The notes beneath the pieces were generated by a model. It was given only the letters and a program-made list of their open reading frames with translations. It did not search any database and had not been told where the DNA came from. Shown here piece after piece: positions 52,884 to 64,000 of a stretch of 64,000 nt of DNA. Source of the stretch: Paragordius varius (Eukaryota; Animalia; Nematomorpha); the NCBI GenBank assembly GCA_964247055.1, contig OZ176051.1:14322001-14386000 (forward strand). The letters run 5' to 3'. Every line of letters begins with the position of its first letter. Positions within the stretch are counted from its first letter, which is position 1. The translations under genes and the position numbers were made by a program.

Positions 52884-54684
52884 CAGTGGCGTACCGGGCA
52901 TTTGCGGGGACCGGGGTATAAAACTCTTATGGCGCCCCCCCCCCCCCCCCCCCCTCCTCTTTTTGAAAACCAATAAAACATTGCAACCTTATAAATTTTA
53001 AATCTATTAAATATACTTGACATATGATCGCTATGTTAAAATTAATTTCATTTGCTGAATGACCTTTCACAACTAGCGACTGACGTTGAAATAGTTAATA
53101 GTATTTGAAGTGCAACCCTTAAATTAGGTAGCATATCTTTGCCCTATGAAAATATAAAGGTTAAGAATTCTAACGGAGTTTTAGGTTCGACATCTTTTCG
53201 ACTTATAAGTTACATCCTACAATCACAAATTTTTATAAAAAGTCTGTTTAATTAAAATCTGTATTGTGAAATTCGCCTATAGATTTACAATTATTTTTTA
53301 AATCATTATTGTTATTACCAATAAATTTTTAAACCGAGTTACAAGTTTTAGTAAAGATAAGAGGTTTTCAGGATTTGGTGCTGAGTCATCTAGATATAAA
53401 CTTTCAAAATGTACTTGAAAAGGGAGATTTTGGTTGATTATAAATTTCATGCAGGCCAATATTCGATATAAAATATTTCGCAATCGATCCTTTTCCGATT
53501 ATGTTAGCTTCTAGAGCAGAATCAATTCCTGATCAATCTTTTTTCTGCCTCTTTCCAAGTAATAAATGGTTTCCGATGATTGAGGTTATTTTCATGATGG
53601 ATTAATTTATCTTTCTTTCTCCATTAAAACCATGCGTAGTTATAAAAGATGATGGTAAAAGTAGGCACAAAATATTACGCAGAGTTCTTTGAATATAAAA
53701 GCCTAGACCTCTCAACTTCGAATCCTTCTTTTTTACCGACACGCCGAAATAAAAACAAAATTGGGACATTGAACGATGATTTTTTGTTCAGAAGAGATTG
53801 CATTTATTTTGAAATCCTTCAGATCCACGAATAATCATTTCTGTGCGTTGATTAGATATTACAGGATTTAGTAAATTTAAAAAGGCGACATCAGTAAACT
53901 CTATAGGTATAGCGCTTGGAATTACTAATGGTATATTTGTAGTTTCAGCTCTATTTGTTGGATCAATAACTAGGGTATCAGGTGTAGTAAGTTTTTAATG
54001 TTAAGGAGTACCGTTATGTTTGTGTCGCATACACTTTTTTCAATGTCATGGTCAGATATTTTCGTTAAATAAGATATTAATACTCATTCGCATTTTATTT
54101 ATTTTATTCTTTCCCTGGATTATACGCTTCCTATTTGCGTAACTGCTGGGTTTAGGCATTGATATCCGATGAAAAGGAAAGTAATTATAAAAATACAAGG
54201 TTACATTAATAATAACAACCTCCCTTGTTAGAGATGGGATGTTTGTGATTTAAATAAATAATATTGGGTTTCGAAATTGAATATGATTAAAAAATATTAC
54301 AATTATAAATTATAAAAATAGGAGAAAACGTTTTGAACAGAGACATAAGTTAAAATAATTTAATTAAATGAAAAAATTAACAATATGTCGTGATTAAAAA
54401 CCGTTTTTTAACGAAAAAATAAGTTTGCACGTGTTGAAGGATCTACACTACCTGAAAGTTGTTTTTTGCATAATGTTTGCTCTTGATCCCATTTATATAA
54501 TTTTTATATTATTTTAGGGATTATTACGTCTGAAAAATCTTACTTGAAAGTTGTTATTATTTTTGCAAAATTAAAATTTAATTAAAATAAATCATTTAGG
54601 CGCCCCCAAATAACAACGCCCGAGGCATTATACACCCCCTTGCCCCCCGTCCCCCCCCCCCTCCCCCCCATCGGTACGCCACTG
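52884..54684 (-). mobile_element. 1.8-kb internally deleted hAT element with a ZMYM1/DUF4371-type transposase remnant
   Basis: Perfect TIRs CAGTGGCGTACCG / CGGTACGCCACTG and a perfect 8-bp TSD AATAAGTA (52876-52883, 54685-54692). Minus-strand remnants LIHHENNLNHRKPFITWKEAEKRL and RILACMKFIINQNLPFQVHFES...PNPENLLSLLKL. Confidence 0.9.
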
Positions 54685-55492
54685 AATAAGTATCAAAATA
54701 GTCTTAATCTATCTAAAACTTAAAACTGCAGTGACACTCTTTCGATTTGATCTATTTTATTGTGAAGTATAAATAATTTTATTAAAGCCTGGTATACAGT
54801 AATCCATATAATTTAATAAATTTTTATGATCTTTGACAAGAGCTACAAATCCATTTTTTACTTAATCATCCTAAATAAGTCGCAAGATGTATTAATTATA
54901 CATTGCAACTTTATGAAATTTTAAATGTTTACTATTTGTACTGATCGTGGAAACCGGTCTTCTACAAATTATTTATTTATTTTTATATGATTAAGATTAT
55001 ATAAAAAATGACTCAAAAAATAATTATTTTTCCTAATATTTATTTAAAATGCTTTGTGCCACCCCAAACTCTAAACAAATATATATATATATATAATTAA
55101 ATATAAATTCATCATTTGTTTGTTATAAAAGAATCTTTGTGAAATTTTCCCTAGCCCACGGGAAGAAAAAGGTTGGCCACCCTGCTATATAAAGACTCGG
55201 CCTTGAACTATCCGCGGAAAGTTTTATCACTTGAGATAAATGTTTTATAAAACATTTTTTATTTTCAAATTTATATTTATCAATCATTGTATAATCCTAT
55301 TTTGCATTTTAAACTTCGTTAACAGTAAGAATATATAAAAGTATAGAGACTGTGTACGGTTTATGTATTTAATAACTGATATCACATATTTTATTGAATA
55401 ATGTATTGCTGATTGTGAAAATATATTTTATCCCAGCCAACATTATTTGCAGGGATTGCATTGTACCGTTTATATATAAAACTTAACCTTAA

Positions 55493-55884
55493 CTAGCGTA
55501 AATCTCCGGCCTACGCAGCCCGAGGAAGTCCTTCGGACTTCTGGGGGGGGGGGGGGGGGGGGAATGGCATTTTACGGGGGTAGCGGGTAAAAAGAGGGCC
55601 TAGATCAAAAAAGTGAGTCGACTATGTTCAGCGCTATCAAAAATAAGTAAACAAAAATCATATTTGAAGTTGAATGGTCCAACACGTTCTCCAAAAAATT
55701 GACTTAACCCATTTTTCACACGGGGTGGGCCCGAACTGGGCACCTAATTCCAAAAAAGGGCGAAGCTATTGTCGGGACATTTATTAATGATTATATTTTT
55801 TCGATATTTGGATTTGATTGGGTCTACCGGTTTTCCTGTACCAGATCACAAAGCCAGCATTTTCCATTTTTATAAATATATAGA
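55493..55884 (-). mobile_element. Short Helitron (same family as 38292-40606) with both termini intact
   Basis: Minus-strand 5' A|TCTATATATTTATAAAAATGG at 55884. The 3' end has the hairpin CTCGGGC-tgcgtag-GCCGGAG, then ATTTACG-CTAG|T at 55493. Confidence 0.82.
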
Positions 55885-55959
55885 TTACCATAAATAATGT
55901 TTTAATATCCATATATCTTTTAACATGCTATACATATGATAGATACTCCTTACTCAGCA

Positions 55960-56946
55960 TCTATCATCAAAGAAACGCTTGACTAAAATTTTTGCCTTTT
56001 AACAGGTAATACGAAAAAACCTTCTCGAATTTTTACAGTCTCCTTCATACCTTGGGCAAAAAAATACAATCAAAAAATTATTTTTGTGGACTTTGTTTTT
56101 TTTGAAAAAAATGGCATTTTACAGGAATAGCGGGTAAAAAGAGGGCCTAAATCAAAAAAGTGAGTCGACTATGTTCAGCGCGATCAAAAATAAGTAAACA
56201 AAAATCATATTTGAAGTTGAATGGTCCAACACGTTCTCCAAAAAATTGACTTAACCCATTTTTCACACGGGGTGGGCCCGAACTGGGGACCTAATTCCAA
56301 AAAAGGGCGAAGCTATTGTCGGGGCATTCATTAATGGTTAAATATTTTTGATGTTTGGATTTGAATGGGTTCACCGGTTTTCCGGAAACAGATCACAAAG
56401 TTACATGAAAAATCAGTTTTTAGCGGGTAGCTCCTTACCCAGCAGCTATCATCAAAGAAACGCCTGACTAAAATTTTTGCCTTTTAACAGCGAATACGTG
56501 GAATCTTTATTGAATTTTTACGGTCTCATACCTAGGGCGAAAAATCGATTTTAAAAATTATTTTTGTGGACTTTGTTTTTTGAAAAAAATGGCATTTTAC
56601 GGGGGTAGCGGGTAAAAAGAGGGCCTCAATCAAAAAAGTGGCTCGACTATGTTCGGCGCAATCGAAAATAAGTAAACAAAAATTATATTTGAAATTGAAT
56701 GGTCCAACACGTTCTCCAGAAAATTGTCTCAAAGACACGTTTTTTGTTGACTTCTGTTTTCAAAAAAAAACCGTTTTACATACGGGGTGGGCCCGAACTG
56801 GGGGCCTATTTCAAAAAAAGGGCGAAGCTATTGTCGGGACATTTATTAATGATTATATTTTTTCGATATTTGGATTTGATTGGGTCTACCGGTTTTCCTG
56901 TACCAGATCACAAAGCCAGCATTTTCCATTTTTATAAATATATAGA
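55960..56946 (-). mobile_element. Helitron 5' portion with its first ~480 bp tandemly duplicated; no 3' end of its own
   Basis: A second 5' terminus TCTATATATTTATAAAAATGG at 56946. The blocks aatggcattttac...gggcccgaactggg...ccagatcacaaag repeat at ~56108 and ~56588. Confidence 0.75.
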
Positions 56947-58169
56947 TGAGAGATTTTTGTCATTTTTCTATACCATTTTTGAAAAAAAAATCGAAAAGTT
57001 TTCCTAACCATGTTTAAAACAGAAGCGTGCGTCGGAAATTCAATTAATGATTTATTATTATTATTGTGCTTTTTATGCTTTTACAGGGCGGTTTAAATCA
57101 CTGAAAAATCATTATACAGAGTTGAATCCCCATTAGGATTTAGGAAAAGATATATAGCTCATTATGCGCATTATGAGATTTTCAATATATAAAACTAAAT
57201 TTGTTTTAAATTATTAATGAATTTTCATTAAATTTAATATATTTTTTTAATAACTATGGCTCATTACGACGGTTCATAATACATTTGGGGAGGAGGAGGG
57301 TGGTATAAACACCTCTAAGCGATCATAACTTACTCTTGTATTAAAAAAGTAACTGACGATCAATAGCATAAACTCTGTTTATTTAAAAAGTTTGATTATT
57401 ACGAGAGCCATTGATTGTGTTAAATTTGGTTGAAAAACTGTCGCGAATGTATATATATGTATATATGTTTTTGAAATGTCCTGAGTTGATTAGAAATGAA
57501 CATATATTTAGATATTTTATCATATTAAATACCCATCTAAATATTTTACATAAAATTTATTAAAAACATTAATTAAGCATTCGCTCTTTGCACATGCATT
57601 AAATATCAGTTTTTTATTTATATTTTTAATCTTACTTATATTAAGGTTCCTTCAAAAACTATGTGTATAAGTAAACATGATATCCCAATAGGCAGGTTCG
57701 AAGTATTTTGACCAATATGGAAAACAATAAAGATTTTAAGATTATTAGATTACATGCTTTTAATTAATTAAGTTGATTTTAACTATGGAAAATTGGAAAT
57801 GAGGTTATTTAAAAGGTTGGATTTGTTGAAAAAACACTGTGTTAGAATACAATGGGATAATTTTTTTAAAAAGATACACAGTATACAAAATTATTATCAA
57901 AAACCCCAAAATGGACATTAGATAATCAGGATTTCTTGGTGTTTTTATTTTGAAATGAATGAATTAAAATATTATTTTTTTGATGGTACTCTATATTAAA
58001 ACAGCGCAGTTTTGTGCACAAAATTCTTTGATGGAAACCAAATGGGTTGTCCGCACTATCATTAAAATAATCAACTATGTTCAAAAAGAAAAACATTGAC
58101 AAAATTTTAATTTTTGAATGTGGGCTCCCTTGTCTCAAATATTGATCTTTTATAAAATGGACTAGCTAC

Positions 58170-58790
58170 TATATGTCCTTGAACACTTCAAGTTGGTCCT
58201 TGAACAATTTAAGTTGGTCCTTGAACAATTCAAGTTGGTCCATCAAGTTGGTCCTTGAACACTTCAAGTTGGTCCTTAAAATTGATATATTTTGATTTAA
58301 CCATAATTTTTGCATTGATTTTTTTATTTTATTATTTATTAACCTAATTTACTATATTTACTATAAAATTATTCAAAAAATAAAAATTTTATTGAAAAAC
58401 CTTTTGTTTCAAACTATTTTTTTCCAATTTAACAAAATTATTGACTTTAAAATGTTATTAATGAATAATTATAATTAATAACCCAGAAAGCTTATATATT
58501 TTTTCATATCGTGTTAAAATCTTATAAATATCCAAAATTATTTTAAGAAATTAATAAAGATATACGGTTTCTCAAAAATTAAAAGTTGATATCTATTTAA
58601 AATTTATGTTAAATAATAGAAAATAAGTTAAAAACAATAAAATAGATGAATTATTTACGATTTGATTGATAAAAGTTAAAAACAAAACAAAAATGTCAAA
58701 GGACCAACTTGAATTGTTCAAGGACCAACTTGAATTGTTCAAGGACCAACTTGAATTGTTCAACGACACTCTTGAAGTGCAAATGGTATA
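58170..58790. mobile_element. Foldback-like element, family A copy 3
   Basis: Same 21-bp units and the same internal spacer as 17424-18139 (ttttgatttaaccataatttttgcatt; tatacggtttctcaaa; gatgaattatttacgatttgattgataaaag). The right end is cttgaagtgcaaatggtata; the left tip is deleted. Confidence 0.85.
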
Positions 58791-58994
58791 TATAAAAAAT
58801 ACCCTATATAATATAATAGTGCTTAATTTTTTAAACTCAGGATTTGATAGAAGTATATGTTCGTCTTAAAATTACATTAAATATAAGATTATTAGATTCT
58901 CACAACAAAATAATGATAATATGACAAACAAATGGGTTATTTGAAAATGAAAGGTAGTGTTTATCATGGTATATAGATTTAATTATATTATAAA

Positions 58995-59050
<56 letters not shown>

Positions 59051-61258
59051 CGTTATCCCATGCTTAACACCATAAAGTTTGCCTAAGATTATCCCTCAAA
59101 TTAAATTTTGAGCAAAATATCGATTTGGGAGATCGTTTTCTTATGTCAAAGTTTGGGAATTTAAAAAATGTGCGCAATATCGGATTTTTGAGAATTAAAA
59201 AGGGCTCATTTCAGACAGGTACTTTACATTTTTGGAGGCCGAAACTAAATTTTATGTGAATATTTTTTTTATTTAGTTTATTATTCTTTAATATAATTTC
59301 CTATATTAGCACGATGCTCGGAAGTCGATATCTACAACACAGCAGATAAATTATAACAACTAAGCTTGAAGGAATATAAATAGTTTATCATTTTTTTAAC
59401 GTAATGGATGTCCAACGGACGGTTGTCTAATTTCTCAACTATTTTTTTTTACGTATTAAATTAAGATCAATAAAACTTCAGCCGAATATAATATGACTAT
59501 TTCAAAACTCCTGACATACATAGCTTGTTATGCGGATTAAATTAGGTTAATAATTGCACTATTATATCAAGTGTTTATACGACATTTTTACAACATATGT
59601 CTGAAAATGTGTACATTGTTTAAGTCAGCTATGTCGAGACGCTCATTGAATTTGGCATAATATCTAATTGATATATAATACCAACAAACAATTAAGCTAA
59701 AATTAAATAAAATGGAAGTTTTTTCCCCAATACTTGTATAGGGCACGGTATTCTGTCAATGGTTCATAATTAGTACGAGGGGATACCCCATGCGTGCTGT
59801 TGATTATTTGTTATTTATCGCTTTCTTAACTGAACTTTATATTCAAACTCAATACTTTTTTAACCAAACGCAACTCTTCAACCAAACTCAACACTTTTCA
59901 ATCGAACGCATTTTACCAAACTAAATAATTTGTTTCGATTAACGCTTTTTTTATAAATTTTAGGTATTTTATGAATATAATAAGCAATTGTAGCCAAACT
60001 GAGTCGAATTGTATTATCATGAGTTGGCAGAAAAATGCAATTTTTAAATATCAAAATTAAAATTTATATGTTATTGTGTCTTTCCTTTATATTTTTATAT
60101 TATTATTATCCTACGATATATGAAATGTATTATACGCATTTTTGCCGCATGGAATTCAAATAATGTTTAATTAATTATATCATTTAACCATCCACTATAT
60201 AGCAGTCCTTGAATAGTGTCCTTGACATATTAAACTTTCTACTATTATTATACATATCTATCATTGAGGGCAATACCTAGTCTTTAAATATGTCAAGTAT
60301 ATAACTTTTGTAAGATAGGTAACGTTATTAGTTATGTTAAAAAAGTATGCAAATCATATAGTGCAAATTATATTGCAAAACATTTACCGTTTAGCGATGA
60401 ATATATTTTTCATGATTTTATCTTTAAAAATCATTTTTATTGAGCTGCATTATAATACTTAATAATTTTAAATGATGATATACAATCAATTTCTATTGTG
60501 GCACATTTTATGCGTTATTTTAATTCTCCTACTTTTGACAAATGTTGCAAAGATTATTTTGGCTAAGCCCCATTAAAATAACACTGTGTAATCGGTATAA
60601 AAAATATTCTTTTAATATATATATATATATATGATGTAGGATTTTTATGGTGCTTTTAGTTTCGTAGGAGCGATATAAAAATAAAGTTACTTTTAATAAT
60701 TGTACTCATCGAAAAATCGCAAAATGTTATTGTAAGATGAGAGCCCGATTTCCTACTCCTCTCTTAAATGGTCATTCTTAAAAACACAAAAAAGCCGAAA
60801 CAATACCAATTATTAATATATGATAAATTACAAAACTAAAATAATTTTTGTAAAAATGCATACATTCTTAAAAACGGTATAGAAACACTTGAATACATTA
60901 TAAAATCAATTTTACATGTAATTAATGACGCTAAAATTTCCATTACCTCTTTTAATATAATTTTTAGTGATTTTTTTGGTATAAATATTATTTAAACAAG
61001 TACTTTATTTAAACTCTGAAGAGGATATGTTCAGCTTTATCAAATTATATAGAACAATTTTTCGATAAAACCTTAGGGTTTCTACACCATGTTTCAAAAT
61101 ACCCTAAAATACGGTTTAATATATTTCTCCATAAAAATCCGGATATATTTATTCATCAAAAAATTTCAAGACATTTTTGGCTTGCCAAAAGATTCTTAAC
61201 CGATGTGTATTGTAGATAACAAAGATTGTATAAATATGTAAACATTTAATCAAACTAC

Positions 61259-61417
61259 TTTGGCATGTGGCGCATCCATTATTCGGATTAGGATCGTATA
61301 TAGATCCTGCTGGGCATATGGCATTCCCGCAATAGGCCGGCGTAAAGCAAGAACAATCGCACTTTGCAATGTTAAAAGTATCACAATAGTTTACGCATGT
61401 TCTTGCACATTGCAAAA
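61259..61417 (-). CDS. Symmetric phase 1-1 exon encoding a Cys-rich extracellular-type module (CXCXC-like + antistasin-like)
   Basis: ttag|TT TTG CAA TGT...TGC CAA A|gtagtt, 159 bp, reads LQCARTCVNYCDTFNIAKCDCSCFTPAYCGNAICPAGSIYDPNPNNGCATCQ (10 Cys). The rest of the gene is not resolved. Confidence 0.65.
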
Positions 61418-62458
61418 CTAATTTGAAATAAAATTATTTGCAAGAGACTGTTATAACTATTAGACATTTCGAAAAACATAAAGTTATTTTTGTTGCGGTT
61501 TATAGATATTAATATTCATAAAATATGATAGATCATATCTCTTTTTTTATTATTTTTAATTGGGTATTCTAAAATAAATAACAAAAAATATAAAAAAAAG
61601 TTTTTAGAGTTCTTTTACTATTTGGTTAGAAATATGATAGTAAATGTTTCATTTTAGGTAATAAATCTATAATCTAAGAATCGGTGGGACACTAATATAA
61701 ATATATGCCAAACCTTCAAAATAAAAATTTTATAAAAATACTCTGAACATTATTTAGCAAATAAACCAAAAATTAATTTAGGGGATTTGAATGGTACACA
61801 AGTTAATATGTGAAAGAAATCAAAGAATATAGACTAATCTGGCAAAAAAACAGTACAATTATCTACATGGTAACATCATAGTTATATACATGGACATCTT
61901 CATATGGTATGCACATAATATTTTTTAACAAAATAAGAACTCTAGATGCAAGAATAAGCAGCAGCCGGAATGCTTGAGCTTAAGGCTCATATTAGGAAAA
62001 ACATACAATGTTCAACTAAACAATCGTAGAAAAATTTAATAAAAAAAATAAATTTGTTCCTCAAAGCGAACCCATTATATTACACATAAATAAGGATGTT
62101 ACTCCAAAAATATATCTAGCCAGAAGAGTATCTCTACCCCTCAAATACAGTAAAAGTTGTCGAGGCATGAACAACTAGATTTTATAAAGGCGATTCAGTT
62201 GAAACAGTAGAATAGGCTGCTTCAGTTGGTAAATGTTAGTGGCGGTTAAAGAATCAATTCATTTATATCTAAAGAAGTTACTCAGTGCTAGTAATCGATT
62301 AATATTTTCTAAGAATAGCGGTAGAAAGTTTTACTATCATAGATATTTGGAATGCTTCTATGCAACTTGTTATCTACTTAAGAGTTACTTAAGATATCAT
62401 TTAGGATTTTACCGTTATAATTGTTTGAGTTTCAGATAAGTAGATAATTAATGGCCTA

Positions 62459-62502
62459 ATGTGTGCAGTGTACCTTGATGACATAATTATTTCGGGTAAA
62501 AA
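62459..62502 (+). mobile_element. Tiny Gypsy RT fragment
   Basis: CAVYLDDIIISGKN, the YLDD catalytic motif context. Confidence 0.55.
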
Positions 62503-62539
62503 TATAATAATAATAATAAAAAAAAAATTACATTATATG

Positions 62540-63784
62540 ATATCACTCTTTCGAGCCGTCGTATCCGTAAACTATTTCGCCATAAACCCTGTATGTGGCG
62601 TCCTCGCGTTTAAGGTTCAGTTTTGGCATGTCCCTCTTAACTGTATCTATCCATCGCCTTTTAGGGCGCCCTTTTCCCCTCTTGCCTTTCACAATATAAT
62701 CATCCGTCTTTTTACCAATGTAATTATTATCTCTTTTTTCAACATGTCAATCAGCTTAAACAATTTACCATCATCTTTTGGGTTACCGGTTTGATTTCCG
62801 TACTTCCTGTTATGTAAACATCCCTCACCTTGTCATTCCTCGTTACACAGCACATCAATCTAAGCATTCTCATTTCAGTAACCTCAAAGTGCCTCTCTTC
62901 TGATTTCTTTATTGCCCATATCTGTGAGTGTACATCATTGTTGGCTGTAAACAGCACTGTAAATCTTACCCTTTACTTTTAGGTCGATATTTTTATCGCA
63001 CAAAACATTTGAGATGTTTTTATAATTTGTCCCACTATTACGAATTCTTAGATTAATATCATGCGGTAAAAAGAACCATCTGCTGATAAACTCGCTCCTA
63101 AATATTTGCATTCCTCCTGACCTTTTAACACCCACCCTTCTTTTAATTCTATTTTTCATTATTTCCCACCGAAATTTATAAGTTCCGTTTTCTTTTTATT
63201 AACCTTTAAACCCCATCGTCATAACACATCCATCCATTTACCCACCAATTCTTTCAATTCATGCAACTCGTCGGACAGCACTATAAGGTCGTCTGCATAA
63301 AGAAAATACCAGCCACCATGTTGCCCTACTTCTTTTGGAATTTCGTCCATGTATATTATAAATAGTAACGGGCTGATTGCTGACATCTGATAGACCCCTT
63401 GGTTTATTTCAATAGGATCTGATACTCCCTGGTGTGTTTTAATTTTGGTTTGGTGTGAATCGTACATGCTTTTTAGAATCTTTATATAACTTTCAGGAAC
63501 GTTTTTTCGTCTTAAGCTCCACTATATGGTACTCCGTTGTATTCTGTCAAACGCCTTTTCAGTATCAATTAAATACCATGCAACTCCTTTTTCATTTCTA
63601 TATGCTTCTCGATTGGCCTTCTTACTGGGTGAATCGGATCAATGGTGGACTTTCCTGGAATAAAACCAAATTGATTACCTCAATTACTTAATTGGCAAAT
63701 CTTGGACACACTACTATGGCGACCCCACTGTAACCATCCGTAGAATCTAAATAAAACATTTTATAATTACCCTCTATCGTCTTA
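62540..63784 (-). mobile_element. Decayed RTE-clade LINE (APE fragment joined to RT and C-terminus)
   Basis: KTIEGNYKMFYLDSTDGYSGVAIVV (APE-like) runs directly into NQFGFIPGKSTID. Further remnants: QGVYQMSAISPLLF, FLYADDLIVL, KVKGKIYSAV, EVTEMRMLRLMCCVTRNDKVR, GRPKRRWIDTVKRDM. Confidence 0.88.
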
Positions 63785-64000
63785 GCATTCCCCCATTAGG
63801 CCGGAGTAAAGCAAGAACAATCGCACTTTGCTATGTTAAAAGTATCACAATAGTTTACACAGGTTCTTACACACTGCAAAACTAATTTGGAATAAAATTA
63901 TTTGTAATCTGAGACTGTTATAACTATTAGACATTATTTCAAAAAACATAAAGCGATTTTTGTTGCGGTTTATAGATATTATAATCATAAAATATGTTAG
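63785..64000 (-). pseudogene. Second, dead copy of the Cys-rich exon (63881-~63785) with its upstream intron
   Basis: Reads LQCVRTCVNYCDTFNIAKCDCSCFTPA*WGNA: a TAA stop at 63796-63798 and truncation by the LINE. The flanking intron sequence matches 61418-61540. Confidence 0.8.

Noticed and set aside
52920-52956. Long C/G runs (also 54640-54670 and 55544-55562) as regulatory G-quadruplexes
   Set aside because: They lie within TE subterminal regions and are homopolymer tracts; nothing in the sequence supports a host function.
56532-57007. ORFs 56532-56738, 56638-56937, 56699-57007 and 38301-38537 as a conserved gene pair
   Set aside because: Their similarity reflects the shared non-coding 5' block of the Helitron family.

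Overview
AT-rich eukaryotic (metazoan, invertebrate-like) genomic DNA with GT-AG spliceosomal introns and the standard genetic code. It is not prokaryotic, and the species cannot be named from sequence alone. The window contains: (1) the 3' 12 exons of a FARP/Cdep-type FERM + FERM-adjacent gene ending in a 3.36-kb low-complexity exon (2072-12713, +). (2) Three intact, highly divergent class A-like 7TM receptor genes on the minus strand (one two-exon, two intronless paralogs), plus a probable fourth, decayed copy split by a Gypsy element. (3) A dead partial duplicate of the FERM gene (~36.5-46.85 kb) that carries one of the intact 7TM genes antisense inside an intron; the parent intron has no such gene. 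(4) Minus-strand exons for a Cys-rich module (tandemly duplicated) and frameshifted mucin-like and Arg-rich segments. (5) A dense transposon landscape: a full Gypsy with 5-bp TSD, whose 3' LTR holds a hAT element, which holds a tRNA-derived SINE; a second Gypsy; RTE LINEs; several mariner relics; hATs with 8-bp TSDs; Helitrons with internal tandem arrays; and foldback-like elements that share a TATACCATTT terminus but carry different 21-22-bp arrays. (6) A degenerate hammerhead-ribozyme motif at 52445-52510. All family assignments come from motif recognition by eye; no database searches were run.
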